DNA from: an uncultured Enterobacterales bacterium
GTDB taxonomy: Bacteria > Myxococcota_A > UBA796 > CAJQPC01
Direction of reading: 5' to 3'
Assembly (NCBI GenBank): GCA_964604165.1
Contig: CAZRYF010000011.1
Span: 21,552-85,551 of the forward strand
DNA length: 64,000 bases
Shown here: piece by piece, positions 7,831 through 17,326 of the stretch
Layout: each line of letters starts with the position of its first letter
Position numbering within the stretch: position 1 is the stretch's first letter
Notes under the pieces: model-generated
Seen by the model: the letters and a program-made list of their open reading frames with translations, nothing else
Told to the model about the DNA's origin: nothing
Database searches by the model: none
Program-made: the position numbers and the translations under genes

Positions 7831-8537
7831 CCGTCTTCCTCCCGGTACATGGGCAGGGCTTCACCATGGACCGTCGCCCGCAGCTCCTCAAAGAGGTCTT
7901 TCATGAAGCCCGTCATGTGCGTGACCTTCTCCTGGACTGCCCTGAGGTGCCACACCAGCTCCAACTCCACCACTCCCTCGTCCGCAGGCCATGCCACGAT
8001 GGACCCCTCCATCAAGGTGATGAATGCGGTGCCCTCAGTCTTGGAAAACCGCACGCCCAAGGCCTCGTGCGTTTCCTGTCCTTCCTGTTCCCTGCCCATC
8101 CGCCAGTCCACGTCAAACTCCACCGTGACCACGTCGTGCACCACGTTGTGCACCCGAAAGGACGCATCGAAACCAGGGTCCACATTGGCCACAAAAGTCC
8201 ACTCGTCCACCGCCCGACGATCGACCAGGATCTCCTCCATCTGCAAGGCCATCCAGACCTCCTCCAAGGTCGTCTGCAGGTAGCCCCGGCCATGGGCCCA
8301 GATGTAGTCCTCAGACTCGCCATCCACCAGAAGAAGCTCCTCCGGCTTGCCCTCTCCTTCCGGAACCGGAGCTGTACTGGCCTCCAGCGGCTCGAGTCCC
8401 GAGGGAAACACAACCTCCTTGTCTTTGAAGATTCCCCGGCCGTCCCCACCGTGACACCCCACCAGAAAAAACACCCAGAAGAGAGAAGAAGCCCCGGCAA
8501 GACCCAGCTCCCTCCCCCACCCTCTGTTTCGTGACAC
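7827..8537 (-). CDS. Hypothetical lipoprotein
   Basis: ORF 7827..8627 trimmed to GTG 8537 (TTG 8543 is also possible) so that it clears the divergent transporter gene. The lipobox is LFWVFFLVGC. No family recognised. Confidence 0.6.
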   Translation of the reverse strand: MSRNRGWGRELGLAGASSLFWVFFLVGCHGGDGRGIFKDKEVVFPSGLEPLEASTAPVPEGEGKPEELLLVDGESEDYIWAHGRGYLQTTLEEVWMALQMEEILVDRRAVDEWTFVANVDPGFDASFRVHNVVHDVVTVEFDVDWRMGREQEGQETHEALGVRFSKTEGTAFITLMEGSIVAWPADEGVVELELVWHLRAVQEKVTHMTGFMKDLFEELRATVHGEALPMYREEDG

Positions 8538-8638
8538 AGGCAACCGGATCCTCCTCCTCTTCCAGGGTATTCGTGCCGGCCCTCCGGGGTCCACCCTTCC
8601 ATTGCAAACGCTTCTTCTCCGGGTCACATTGGCTTCCT

Positions 8639-9601
8639 ATGCCATCGCCCCCAACCCGAACCGCCGTCCTCGCCTTGCTGGTGGTGACCGTCATCTGGGG
8701 CTGGACCTTTATCTGGATGACGGAAGCCCTGGACACGGCCCGTGCGTACATGGGCGAAGACGGCATGGTGGTGGCCGTGGGCTTGTTTATGATGGTGCGG
8801 TTCGGCATGGCCACTCTGGGGCTTCCCCTGGTGCTCCAGGCCTCACGGCTCGGCATGGGGTCCCCCGCCGTTTGGCGAGATGGAGCGCTGCTGGCTGCCA
8901 TTCTTCTGGCCGCCTTCCTGCTTCAGATGTTCGGTCTTCAAGGCGTGGGGCCTGCAGTCTCCGCCTTCCTGACCAGCCTGTACGTGGCCTTCACCGCCTT
9001 GTTCAGCCGCCTTCTTGGCCGCACCCGAGGGGGGCTCCCACTGGCGGTGGGAGTGCTGATGACAACAATCGGCGCAGGGTTCATCAGCGGACCGCCCCAG
9101 CTTGCCTTTGATCTCCCCGAGTGGCTGACGGTCCTGTGTGCTTTGTTGTTCGCGGTTCACATCCTGGCGACGGACATCATTACGCGCCGTGTCCCTCCCC
9201 TTGCGGTCAGCGTCAGCACCTTTGCTTGGGTCACCTTGGGAAGCGGGGGGACCGCCCTGGTGGGGTGGCTGCTGTACCCGGAGCTGACCGCGGACCAGCT
9301 GGTCGGGCTCCTGGGGAACCCCGGCTTCTACATTCCGGCCCTGCTTACTTCCATTCTTGGAACAGGGGTCGCGCTGACCTTGCTGAACCAATTCCAGAAG
9401 CAACTGGATCCCGTACGCGCAGCAATCTTATACGCCCTGGAGCCTGTGTGGGCTTCGCTAATCGCTCTTGCAATGGGCATGGGCAGGTTGGACCACTGGC
9501 TGGTCCTGGGGGGCGGAGCGCTTCTGGCCGGCAACCTGGTCGCAGAGCTTGGGCCCTCTCCTTCCCAATCCGATCCAGCCATCCCCGCCTCACCGGAATA
9601 A
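8639..9601 (+). CDS. DMT-superfamily (EamA-like) transporter
   Basis: ORF trimmed to ATG 8639. About 10 hydrophobic helices in two EamA-like halves. Confidence 0.8.
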   Translation: MPSPPTRTAVLALLVVTVIWGWTFIWMTEALDTARAYMGEDGMVVAVGLFMMVRFGMATLGLPLVLQASRLGMGSPAVWRDGALLAAILLAAFLLQMFGLQGVGPAVSAFLTSLYVAFTALFSRLLGRTRGGLPLAVGVLMTTIGAGFISGPPQLAFDLPEWLTVLCALLFAVHILATDIITRRVPPLAVSVSTFAWVTLGSGGTALVGWLLYPELTADQLVGLLGNPGFYIPALLTSILGTGVALTLLNQFQKQLDPVRAAILYALEPVWASLIALAMGMGRLDHWLVLGGGALLAGNLVAELGPSPSQSDPAIPASPE

Positions 9602-9611
9602 GGGGAGCGGC

Positions 9612-9926
9612 ATGCCTCGCATTCTTCTCATGGCCCTGGCCGCCTACGGCATCTTGTGGATTCTGAAGCGCGTCCTGCGAGATTCTCCAAGCGGCCGTCC
9701 CCGTCCCATTCCGGCGCCTTTGCCCTTTGAGCGGTCCCCTTACCGCATCCTCGGGGTAGAAGATGGTGCCAACCCCAAGGAAATTCGTGCGGCGATGGAA
9801 CGGATTCGGAAAGAGAACGACCCGACACGCCTTCAGGGCCTGAGTGACGAGATTCGAGACGCTGCCCACCGCCGCGTGGCCGAGGCCGAGGTGGCGCTGG
9901 CCACCCTTCTTCCCGATGAGGAGTGA
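9612..9926 (+). CDS. Small membrane-anchored J-domain-like protein (HPD replaced by NDP)
   Basis: ORF trimmed to ATG 9612. It has an N-terminal TM helix, then SPYRILGVEDGANPKEIRAAMERIRKENDP, which resembles the start of a DnaJ J-domain but lacks the HPD tripeptide. Confidence 0.55.
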   Translation: MPRILLMALAAYGILWILKRVLRDSPSGRPRPIPAPLPFERSPYRILGVEDGANPKEIRAAMERIRKENDPTRLQGLSDEIRDAAHRRVAEAEVALATLLPDEE

Positions 9927-11424
9927 GCCCCTCCAGCGTTCGGACTGCCTCGCCGCCCTCCACTGTTCCAAGCGCCTCTACCTGGCGCGAACCACGCCGG
10001 AGCTGGCGCCCCCCCGTCCTCCCCTGCTTGCGTCCCTTCGACTCGAAATGGACCGAGCGCTCGGGCTTGCCCACGAGTGGTTGGGTGCCAAGGAGACGCT
10101 GGTGGGCACCCCCTCTGAACGTGCCAAGCGCACCAGGGAGCTGCTCCGCCTCTCTGAGCCCAAGTGCCTGCGGGGTGCGGTTCTCGAAACTCCTGGTGCC
10201 CCCTTGGGGCTCCGGTGGGAGCCCGATCTTCTCAGGTGCAACGAGGCCGGGTCCTGGCAGGTCCTTGCGGTGCGATGTGCCCTGCGGGTCAAGCGAAGCA
10301 TCCTGGAGGATCTGGGTATCGCCGTCTATGTGTTGGAGCAGACAGGGGTATCTGTTGCGGAAGCCACCGTACTCCACCTCAACCCCGACTACCACAAGGG
10401 CACCGAGCCCTTGTCTGCGGATCGGCTGTTCCTACAGGTGGACGTTCTCTCCTATCTAAAGGAGATTCGGAGCCGAGCACCTTTGCTGATTCAGAAGATG
10501 GAGCACACACTCCAGCGCGACAAGGCGCCCTACGCGGACTTTGACCGGCATTGCTCCCAGCCACATCCCTGTCCATTTCTGGATCACTGTGCTCCCAATC
10601 TCCACCCCTTTCACATCAGGCGCATTCCAGACTCGGCCCGCCTGGAGAGAAAGCTGGGAGGAAAAGTGGATGACGTGCGACATCTGCCAAGCCCGATCCG
10701 GATCAACCCGCTGCAACGCCGCGCCATTCGGTGCCTTGAGACCGGAAACGACTGGGTGGCCCCGCAGCTGCTCCCCGCAATGAAGGACGTGGAGTACCCC
10801 CTTGGCTTTCTGGATTTTGAAGCCATCCAACCTGCCCTCCCAAGGTTTCCCGGCACCGGACCCTTCGAGACCCTTCCCACCCAGTGGAGCCTGCACGTGC
10901 TGCAGGAGGACGGAAGGCTCACCCACAAGGCGTTCCTACACCACGAAAACACGGACCCCCGCCCCCAGTTCCTTGCATCGCTCCTGGCTGCTGTGGGGGA
11001 GGCAGGCTCCCTGGTGGTGTACTCCAACTACGAGGCCGGCGTGTTGCGCCGCCTGGCCCGGTTCGACCCGAGACGTTCCAAAGCCATTGAAAGGGTGATT
11101 CAGCGCCTCTCGGATCTCCTCGCGATCCTCCGGCGCAACTACTACCACCCAGCCTTCAATGGCTCCTACAGCATCAAGCGAGTGCTTCCAGCCCTCGCGC
11201 CGGAGCTGGACTACGGAGACCTGGAGATTCGGGATGGCGCCACCGCGGCCGCATGCCAGCTCCGGATGATGGACCCGGAGACGCCCCCCGGTGAACGAGA
11301 GGAGATTCGCCAGGCCTTGCTGCTGTACTGCCAACGAGACACGATGGCCATGGTGGCCATTCGACGCGCCATTCTGGAAAGATGCGGCGAGGCGCAACGC
11401 CCACTCCTTCCTGTGGAAGAATGA
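9916..11424 (+). CDS. DUF2779 domain protein (PD-(D/E)XK plus exonuclease-like)
   Basis: Start ATG 9916 overlaps the upstream gene by 11 nt. Motifs include YPLGFLDFEAIQPALPRF, LVVYSNYEAGVLRRL and LLLYCQRDTMAMV, which are typical of DUF2779. Confidence 0.65.
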   Translation: MRSEPLQRSDCLAALHCSKRLYLARTTPELAPPRPPLLASLRLEMDRALGLAHEWLGAKETLVGTPSERAKRTRELLRLSEPKCLRGAVLETPGAPLGLRWEPDLLRCNEAGSWQVLAVRCALRVKRSILEDLGIAVYVLEQTGVSVAEATVLHLNPDYHKGTEPLSADRLFLQVDVLSYLKEIRSRAPLLIQKMEHTLQRDKAPYADFDRHCSQPHPCPFLDHCAPNLHPFHIRRIPDSARLERKLGGKVDDVRHLPSPIRINPLQRRAIRCLETGNDWVAPQLLPAMKDVEYPLGFLDFEAIQPALPRFPGTGPFETLPTQWSLHVLQEDGRLTHKAFLHHENTDPRPQFLASLLAAVGEAGSLVVYSNYEAGVLRRLARFDPRRSKAIERVIQRLSDLLAILRRNYYHPAFNGSYSIKRVLPALAPELDYGDLEIRDGATAAACQLRMMDPETPPGEREEIRQALLLYCQRDTMAMVAIRRAILERCGEAQRPLLPVEE

Positions 11425-11428
11425 AGCC

Positions 11429-11890
11429 ATGACCCGATTCAAGCTCAGAAAGAAGCTGAAGGGCCTTCTGGGACCCGCTCCGCAGGAGATCGTGAACCAC
11501 AGCATCACGTTCCTGCTTCCGGACGGCTCGGAGAGAGTCCTGGAAGTGGAAGAACACTACTCTCTTCTCATGGCCGCAGATGCCCATGGCATCACCATCA
11601 GTACGGGCCGACGCGCGGGGGGCACCTGTCCCGATGGTCTCTGCGGACTGTGCCGCGTGGAGCTGGTGGATGAGACAGGCATCAGCGCCCTCTCGACCTA
11701 CGAAAAGGACGCCATGGATGCCCACGTGGCTGGAGAGCCCCATGAGGGCCGTGAAAGGGCCCCTGCCCCCCCCCTCACCCCCACCACCCGCCTGGGATGC
11801 CACTCGAAAATACGGGGTCCGGGCGGAAAGGTGCGGATTCTCGAGCTCTTCGATCCCAGCTCCATCCAAGGCATGGCGGAGGAGGATTGA
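11429..11890 (+). CDS. 2Fe-2S ferredoxin-like protein
   Basis: ORF trimmed to ATG 11429. It has the C-x4-C-x2-C motif (CPDGLCGLC) plus a distal Cys (RLGCH). Confidence 0.6.
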   Translation: MTRFKLRKKLKGLLGPAPQEIVNHSITFLLPDGSERVLEVEEHYSLLMAADAHGITISTGRRAGGTCPDGLCGLCRVELVDETGISALSTYEKDAMDAHVAGEPHEGRERAPAPPLTPTTRLGCHSKIRGPGGKVRILELFDPSSIQGMAEED

Positions 11891-14148
11891 GGCCGGGCCT
11901 GGGACTTTCCCTGTGGTCGATCGGGGTCTCTATCGGGTGTGCCCGGGAAGCCCCCGCCCCACCCAACCTGTTGCTCATCACCCTGGACACGACCCGGGCC
12001 GATGTCCTCGGAGCCTACGGGGGAGACCCGGAGGCCACACCCCACCTGGATGCACTCGCCGCGGAAGGTGCGCTTTTTGAGAGGGCCTACACGGTCACCC
12101 CCCTGACCATTCCCGCCCACTCCTCCCTCTTTACGGGACAGACCCCGCCGCGCCACGGCGTGCGAGACAACGGAGACTTCTTTCTGGCGGAGGGCGCCTC
12201 CACCCTTGCCGAACAGCTGCAGGCCGGTGGGTACGCCACCATGGCGAGCGTCTCCGCTCAAGTCACCAGCCACCACTGGGGCTTTGCCCAGGGGTTTGAT
12301 GTCTTCTTCGATGATCTGCGAGCCAGCACACAGACCACCGCCAATCGCTGGGACGTGGAACGACCCGGCAGCCAGACGGTGGACGATGCACTTGGCTGGC
12401 TCCAAGACGGCCCTCGGGACGCGCCCTTCTTTTCTTGGGTCCACCTCTTCGACGCCCACGACCCCTACCGGCCGCCGGAGCCCTTTCGAAGCCGTTTTCC
12501 CGGGCAACCCTATTTGGGTGAAATCGCCTATGTCGACGCCCAGGTAGGTCGCCTCGTGTCCTGGTTGAAGGAGAGCAACCAGCTTGCAAACACCTGGGTC
12601 GTGGTCCTGGCGGATCACGGAGAGTCCCTCGGGGCTCATGGCGAGGCGACCCACGGAGTATTGCTCTACGACGAGACCATTCGGATTCCCCTGCTGATTC
12701 GACCGCCGGAAGGTGGGAGCCCAAAGCGAATCCCCCACCCCACCAGCCTGGTCGACGTGATGCCCACCCTCTTGGGAGCAGCCGGGCTGCCCATTCCTGA
12801 AGGCCTGGATGGTCGAGACCTCTCTTCTTGGATGGGGGGCGCACCCGGCGGCGATCCGGCGGTTTATGCGGAGTCGCTGTACGCCTGGCATCACTACGGC
12901 TGGGCTCCCCAAAAGGCCCTGATCACAGCCGACCACAAGCTGATTGACTCCACCACGCCAGAGCTCTACCACCGATCAGACGCCAAGGAAGCCCAGAACC
13001 TCTCCCTCCACCAGCCTGCGGTGTTGCAGGCATTGGGCACCCGCCTTCGCACCCTGGAAGCCAGCCTGCTCCCCGTGGAAATGGCCACAGAGAGAGTGGA
13101 ATTGAGCGCCGAGCGTATCGCCCAACTGGAGGCGCTCGGGTACGTGGCAGGCGCCACCGCCCACGAGGAAATCGATCCGGCCCACCCTCCGCCTGATCCC
13201 GTGCAGCGCCTTGGACTTCTGCGCCATGTCCAAGGGGCCCGTCGCTCCTTCCAGTCCGGAGATCTCCAAAGTGCACTCAAGCAGATTGAATCCGTGTTGG
13301 CGAAAGACCCTGGCCTTCTGGATTTGCGGACGCTTCATTCATCCGTTCTGTTGCGTCTCGGCCGGACCCCAGAGGCACTGGCCACCCTGGAGGCAGCCGA
13401 AGCGGTGCGGCCCTCCAGCACGACCCGGGGAGCCATCGGGCGTATCTTCTTGAGGACCGCCCCCTCCATCGCCGTGGATCACTTGTTCGAGTCCATCCAG
13501 CTGGACCCCTATGTCGCGACCCACTGGGCAGCCTACCTGCACGCCTTGTTTCTCACGAACAGTCTGGAGCAGCTGGAGCAGGAAGCCCTCCGCGCCCGGT
13601 CCCTGCTCCCGGACTTGCCCGAGGCCACGGGCATGTTGGGAGTCGCTCTGGCCGCAAGAGGGAGCTTTACGGAGGCGGAGCCCCTGCTCCGGGCAGGCAT
13701 GGAGGCCAACCCCCTTCAACCCTTTGTCCATGCTGCCCTGGCCCACCTGCTGCGTCTGCGCGGCGCCACCGAAGAGGCCGAAACCCACCTGTTGGAGGAG
13801 ATCCGGATCCAGTCCCCCGCGCTCCAGGCCCGACGCCAGCTGGTAGAGATCTACGCGGAGCAAAGGCGATACGAGGAACAGCTCCAACAGCTCGCGGCCG
13901 TCGAGGCGGTGGAGTCACCCAACCGGGCCACCGCCCACTCCAGCGCCCAGGCCCTGTTCAACCTGGAGCGCTTTGAGGAAGCACATGTCCGGGTCCAGGA
14001 ATGCCGCCAACTGGCACCGGGCTACCCCGGGTGTGCGCTTCTGGAGGCCAACGTGCTGAAAAAGCTCGGGCAAGACGCGGCAGCCCAAGCGGCCTTTGGG
14101 GCCGCCAGGGAGCTTGCAGGGTTGGGAGAAGATCCTCTCGGGGATTGA
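11887..14148 (+). CDS. Sulfatase-like hydrolase/transferase lipoprotein with C-terminal TPR repeats
   Basis: TTG 11887 (TTGA overlap with the ferredoxin stop, GGAGGAGGA upstream). The lipobox is WSIGVSIGC. Motifs include LITLDTTRADVLG and TPLTIPAHSSLFTGQ (Thr at the nucleophile position), with HLFDAHDPY and ADHGE. The C-terminal ~330 aa are TPR-like. Confidence 0.75.
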   Translation: MRPGLGLSLWSIGVSIGCAREAPAPPNLLLITLDTTRADVLGAYGGDPEATPHLDALAAEGALFERAYTVTPLTIPAHSSLFTGQTPPRHGVRDNGDFFLAEGASTLAEQLQAGGYATMASVSAQVTSHHWGFAQGFDVFFDDLRASTQTTANRWDVERPGSQTVDDALGWLQDGPRDAPFFSWVHLFDAHDPYRPPEPFRSRFPGQPYLGEIAYVDAQVGRLVSWLKESNQLANTWVVVLADHGESLGAHGEATHGVLLYDETIRIPLLIRPPEGGSPKRIPHPTSLVDVMPTLLGAAGLPIPEGLDGRDLSSWMGGAPGGDPAVYAESLYAWHHYGWAPQKALITADHKLIDSTTPELYHRSDAKEAQNLSLHQPAVLQALGTRLRTLEASLLPVEMATERVELSAERIAQLEALGYVAGATAHEEIDPAHPPPDPVQRLGLLRHVQGARRSFQSGDLQSALKQIESVLAKDPGLLDLRTLHSSVLLRLGRTPEALATLEAAEAVRPSSTTRGAIGRIFLRTAPSIAVDHLFESIQLDPYVATHWAAYLHALFLTNSLEQLEQEALRARSLLPDLPEATGMLGVALAARGSFTEAEPLLRAGMEANPLQPFVHAALAHLLRLRGATEEAETHLLEEIRIQSPALQARRQLVEIYAEQRRYEEQLQQLAAVEAVESPNRATAHSSAQALFNLERFEEAHVRVQECRQLAPGYPGCALLEANVLKKLGQDAAAQAAFGAARELAGLGEDPLGD

Positions 14149-14161
14149 CCGAGAGACTCTT

Positions 14162-14179
14162 GCGCGGACTACTCCGCGC
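14162..14179. terminator. Hairpin between convergent genes (possible bidirectional terminator)
   Basis: GCGCGG-actact-CCGCGC, a 6-bp GC stem. It lacks a clear U-tract and overlaps the last codons of the minus-strand gene. Confidence 0.25.
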
Positions 14180-15332
14180 TCAGTGTTCCGCTGCCGCTGA
14201 CCGCGTGGCTCACCACCGTTACAGCGTAGGCAGGTGCATCGTCTTCCAACAAGGTCAATGTGGGATCGGTCGTGGCACCCACGGTGAGCGAGTAGTCGCC
14301 CACGGCGCCGTTGCAGGAGCCGTAGTTCCCCACCACCACCTGGAAGGTGCCAGCCACCGCCGTCAGCGTGCCCGAGGGACACTGGTACTCGGGGGGGGGG
14401 AAGGTGCAGTCGAAGCTGTCGTCGGCGCCGTCCACCACGCAACCGGCTGTGTCATTGATCCAGAAGAAGGGGTCAAAGGCAGTCCCATCCGCCACCGTAT
14501 CCACCGTGATCGTGACATCGCCGGCCTCGGCCAGGGTAAGGGTGTACACGTCCAGGACAGCGTCTACGCTGTCGGATGAGCAGGGCAGCGAGCCGGTGGC
14601 CACATAGTCTCCGCCCAGGGCCGCCTCCCCCGCTGCGAAGGAGACATCGGCCTCCACTTCACATTCGCTGTCAGAGTAGTAGTACTCCACGTCCTCGGAC
14701 TCCTCATCGAGGGTCCAGGCGATTTCGTCTCCCGTGCGGGAGAAGCTTCCGTAGGTGCTGCCGCTGTAGGTCATTGGGGAAAAATAGGGACCGTAGTTGG
14801 AGGTATACCCGCGGTAATCCTCGCTCACTGTGTATCCAAACAAGAAGGCATCGTCGTAGCTGCCGTAGTACCCGCTGTAGCTGTCCGAGTGGGCCATGTG
14901 CAGCGCGACCTCTGTGCCCTCATCCAGCTCTTCCGGGTCCAGGTACCAGGTGTAGTACGTGCTCACATCGCAGGCTTCCGGCACCCGGGAGTCGATGGTG
15001 GCCTCAATGTCAAAGGCGAAGTCACAGTTGGGGCACTCCCCGGTGAACTTGGTGCCTGCGAGGCTCACGGTGGTCGCACAAATCGAGTTGCCTTCGATGG
15101 TGCTGTCGACGCTCACCGTCCCGGTGAAGCTGTCCCGCCACATGGAGGAGAGATCTGTGTCTTCCTCCTCCTCGTCGGTGTCGTCCGTGTCGTCCGTGTC
15201 CCCGTCCGGAATGCAGTCTCCGGTTTCTGCATCGAGAATCGTGCCTTCGTCGCACTCATCGAGGCCCTTTGAAGAATCACAAGCCATGAGACCGAGGAAT
15301 CCCAGGCAGAAAAAAGAAAAGGATGAGCGCAT
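14169..15332 (-). CDS. Hypothetical lipoprotein with acidic linker and PPC-like C-terminal domain
   Basis: ORF trimmed to ATG 15332 (MRSSFSFFCLGFLGLMAC lipobox). It has a DGDTDDTDDTDEEEEDTD linker and is rich in Cys, Tyr and Asp. It contains a C10 homopolymer (14391-14400) encoding PPP. Confidence 0.65.
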   Translation of the reverse strand: MRSSFSFFCLGFLGLMACDSSKGLDECDEGTILDAETGDCIPDGDTDDTDDTDEEEEDTDLSSMWRDSFTGTVSVDSTIEGNSICATTVSLAGTKFTGECPNCDFAFDIEATIDSRVPEACDVSTYYTWYLDPEELDEGTEVALHMAHSDSYSGYYGSYDDAFLFGYTVSEDYRGYTSNYGPYFSPMTYSGSTYGSFSRTGDEIAWTLDEESEDVEYYYSDSECEVEADVSFAAGEAALGGDYVATGSLPCSSDSVDAVLDVYTLTLAEAGDVTITVDTVADGTAFDPFFWINDTAGCVVDGADDSFDCTFPPPEYQCPSGTLTAVAGTFQVVVGNYGSCNGAVGDYSLTVGATTDPTLTLLEDDAPAYAVTVVSHAVSGSGTLSAE

Positions 15333-15440
15333 CACGTGACCTCCAATTTCGATCGGCACGCAACATAGCCCGCAACCCGAGGGGGCGGTAGCGGAATCTC
15401 GGCGATTGCGTCCCCGCGAGATACCATCTGCCAGGCAATC

Positions 15441-15629
15441 TTGTACGACGAGACCGGGGACGCCACGATCTACAACCTGGATCTGGACGGAGATCACTGG
15501 AACATCGAGGCTATAGACGAGCACGCGGAGGTTGATGGATGGAACCTGACCTTTGACTATGACATCGGCACCCGGGGGGAGGCCCCCGGGCGGAAGGGCG
15601 CATCGAATTCTTCGAGGTCAGTCCATTAG
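15441..15629 (+). CDS. Possible small acidic protein or gene remnant (62 aa, TTG start)
   Basis: The first ~45 codons have GC-rich third positions (YDETGDATIYNLDLDGDHWNIEAIDEHAEVDGWNLTFDYDIG). There is no Shine-Dalgarno, and no ATG or GTG start. Confidence 0.25.
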   Translation: MYDETGDATIYNLDLDGDHWNIEAIDEHAEVDGWNLTFDYDIGTRGEAPGRKGASNSSRSVH

Positions 15630-16136
15630 AAGGTCCCCTACCCGGGCGAAGCAAGAGATCTGATGGAAATCCGGCTCCGCGCCGGGCACCGGCTGCCAGG
15701 ACAGGAAGCGCCTGGCCTCTCCTCTCCCGCGAATGGCATAGGCATTCATGCGATGGGGACCCGGTGGCAAGAGAGCCCGATCCACGCGGGCAACCCCCCG
15801 CCAACGACCAGCGGACCTGACCACTGTGTAAACCAAGGGCAGCTCTTTTTGCACCACCTTCCTGGTGCCTCTCAGGCGCAGCACCAGGTGGTGCCCAAAG
15901 GGGCCCAACTCAATTTCCGTGTACTCGAGATTCTCCCCGGCCACAAAGACCTCCACGACCTCGTGCTCCCACAGGCCCCAGAAGGGCCCCGCAGGTCCAG
16001 GAGGCGTTGGATCCCACGGTCCCGGCGCATCCACGCGAACCTCCAGTCCCCCCTCCCAGGTCCCGAGCGCCAGATGAATGTGCTCCTCGGTCGGCACTGG
16101 CTGGCCATCCCACAAGTGGGAGAGGGTCAGCTTCAT
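15618..16136 (-). CDS. CBM9/DOMON-like carbohydrate-binding domain protein
   Basis: ORF trimmed to ATG 16136 (ATGA overlap with the upstream stop). Motifs WEHEVVEVFVAGENLEYTEIELGPFGHH and PDFHQISCF resemble CBM9-like domains. Confidence 0.45.
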   Translation of the reverse strand: MKLTLSHLWDGQPVPTEEHIHLALGTWEGGLEVRVDAPGPWDPTPPGPAGPFWGLWEHEVVEVFVAGENLEYTEIELGPFGHHLVLRLRGTRKVVQKELPLVYTVVRSAGRWRGVARVDRALLPPGPHRMNAYAIRGRGEARRFLSWQPVPGAEPDFHQISCFARVGDLLMD

Positions 16137-17326
16137 GCTGCGCGGACCGGCACACGACGCAGGTGAAGGGCAAACCTCGCGGCACAGGCAATCCACAACA
16201 CCATGGCGGAAGGCGCCCAGACAAAGGGGTCCTTGTCGGACACCGGGTGTTGGAGTCCGCTCGCCATCAGCACCCCAATGGAGAGCATCGAAAGGGGAAA
16301 GGACCAGCGAATCGGGTCCCGGGAGGCGGGCCAGCAAACCACCCACCCAATGACCGGCAGGAGCAAAACCGCCTCGTAGTTGGTGTAGCTCATGGCCCCG
16401 TTTGCGCCGAATCCTGCCAGCACCAACCCCATGGCCGCTGCATCCAGCTCCCGGTCAGGTCGCTTGCGCCAAAGAGTCAACATGGGAAGCATCGTGGCCA
16501 AGAGAAGCAGCATGCCCCGTTGACTGAAGATCCACGCAGCAGCTCCGACAATGGGTTCCGCAGGCACCCCATCCACCGTGCCAAACCGGGAATGGGCCAC
16601 CAGGGCCCGGGTGAGGCCCAAGTAACGAAAGGGGTCCCAGGAAGGCACACACCAGAACGTTCCAGCCAGCACCAGCGCCCCCACCCCGACCGCCGCAGCG
16701 AGGATTCGCCAGTGCCGACGCAAACAAACCACGGAAACAAGCACCCCCGGAAGGAGCTTTGCTGCAGCCCCAAGCGCCAAGACCACTCCAGCCGACCGAT
16801 CGCGGGAGCGAGCCACAAGCAGGAGGATCGCGCAGTTGCAGAAGACAAGCACCAGGTTGGTCTGGCCCAGGTCCAGGGAGAGGCGTGTCACGAAGAGACG
16901 GGAAAAAACCAGCAGGCTTCCCATCGCGGCCACCGCCCCCCAGGCCCGACTCCTCACCGGGACCGCAAAAGCCACCAGGGGGGCGCTTCCCACCAGAAGC
17001 ACCAGGAGCACCAGGCGCCAGGCCCTTGCGAGCACCTCAAAGGGAATCTGCCGAAACGGCATCATCAGGAAGCCCCACGTGGCCGGATAGGCGTTGTGGG
17101 AGCTCCAGTGCCGAACCCCCACCTCTCCCAGAATGCGCTGGATGTTCCCCGGGTCGTTTGGATCCACCCCTTGGGCCACGGCATGGGCCCCCGCATAGAC
17201 GGGCACCAGGTCCAGTCCCACCATCGGGGTGGTCAGGGTAGACAAGTCGGCCAGCCCCATGACCTGCCAGGCTGCAACCCCTCCAAGCACCGCCGCCAGG
17301 CACCATGGAAGGGCCTGGTACTTCAC
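16133..17326 (-). CDS. Polytopic membrane glycosyltransferase, GT87/DUF2029-like
   Basis: About 10 TM helices, with DLVPVYAGAHAVAQGVDP near the N-terminus. It has an ATGA overlap with the selD stop. Confidence 0.5.
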   Translation of the reverse strand: MKYQALPWCLAAVLGGVAAWQVMGLADLSTLTTPMVGLDLVPVYAGAHAVAQGVDPNDPGNIQRILGEVGVRHWSSHNAYPATWGFLMMPFRQIPFEVLARAWRLVLLVLLVGSAPLVAFAVPVRSRAWGAVAAMGSLLVFSRLFVTRLSLDLGQTNLVLVFCNCAILLLVARSRDRSAGVVLALGAAAKLLPGVLVSVVCLRRHWRILAAAVGVGALVLAGTFWCVPSWDPFRYLGLTRALVAHSRFGTVDGVPAEPIVGAAAWIFSQRGMLLLLATMLPMLTLWRKRPDRELDAAAMGLVLAGFGANGAMSYTNYEAVLLLPVIGWVVCWPASRDPIRWSFPLSMLSIGVLMASGLQHPVSDKDPFVWAPSAMVLWIACAARFALHLRRVPVRAA

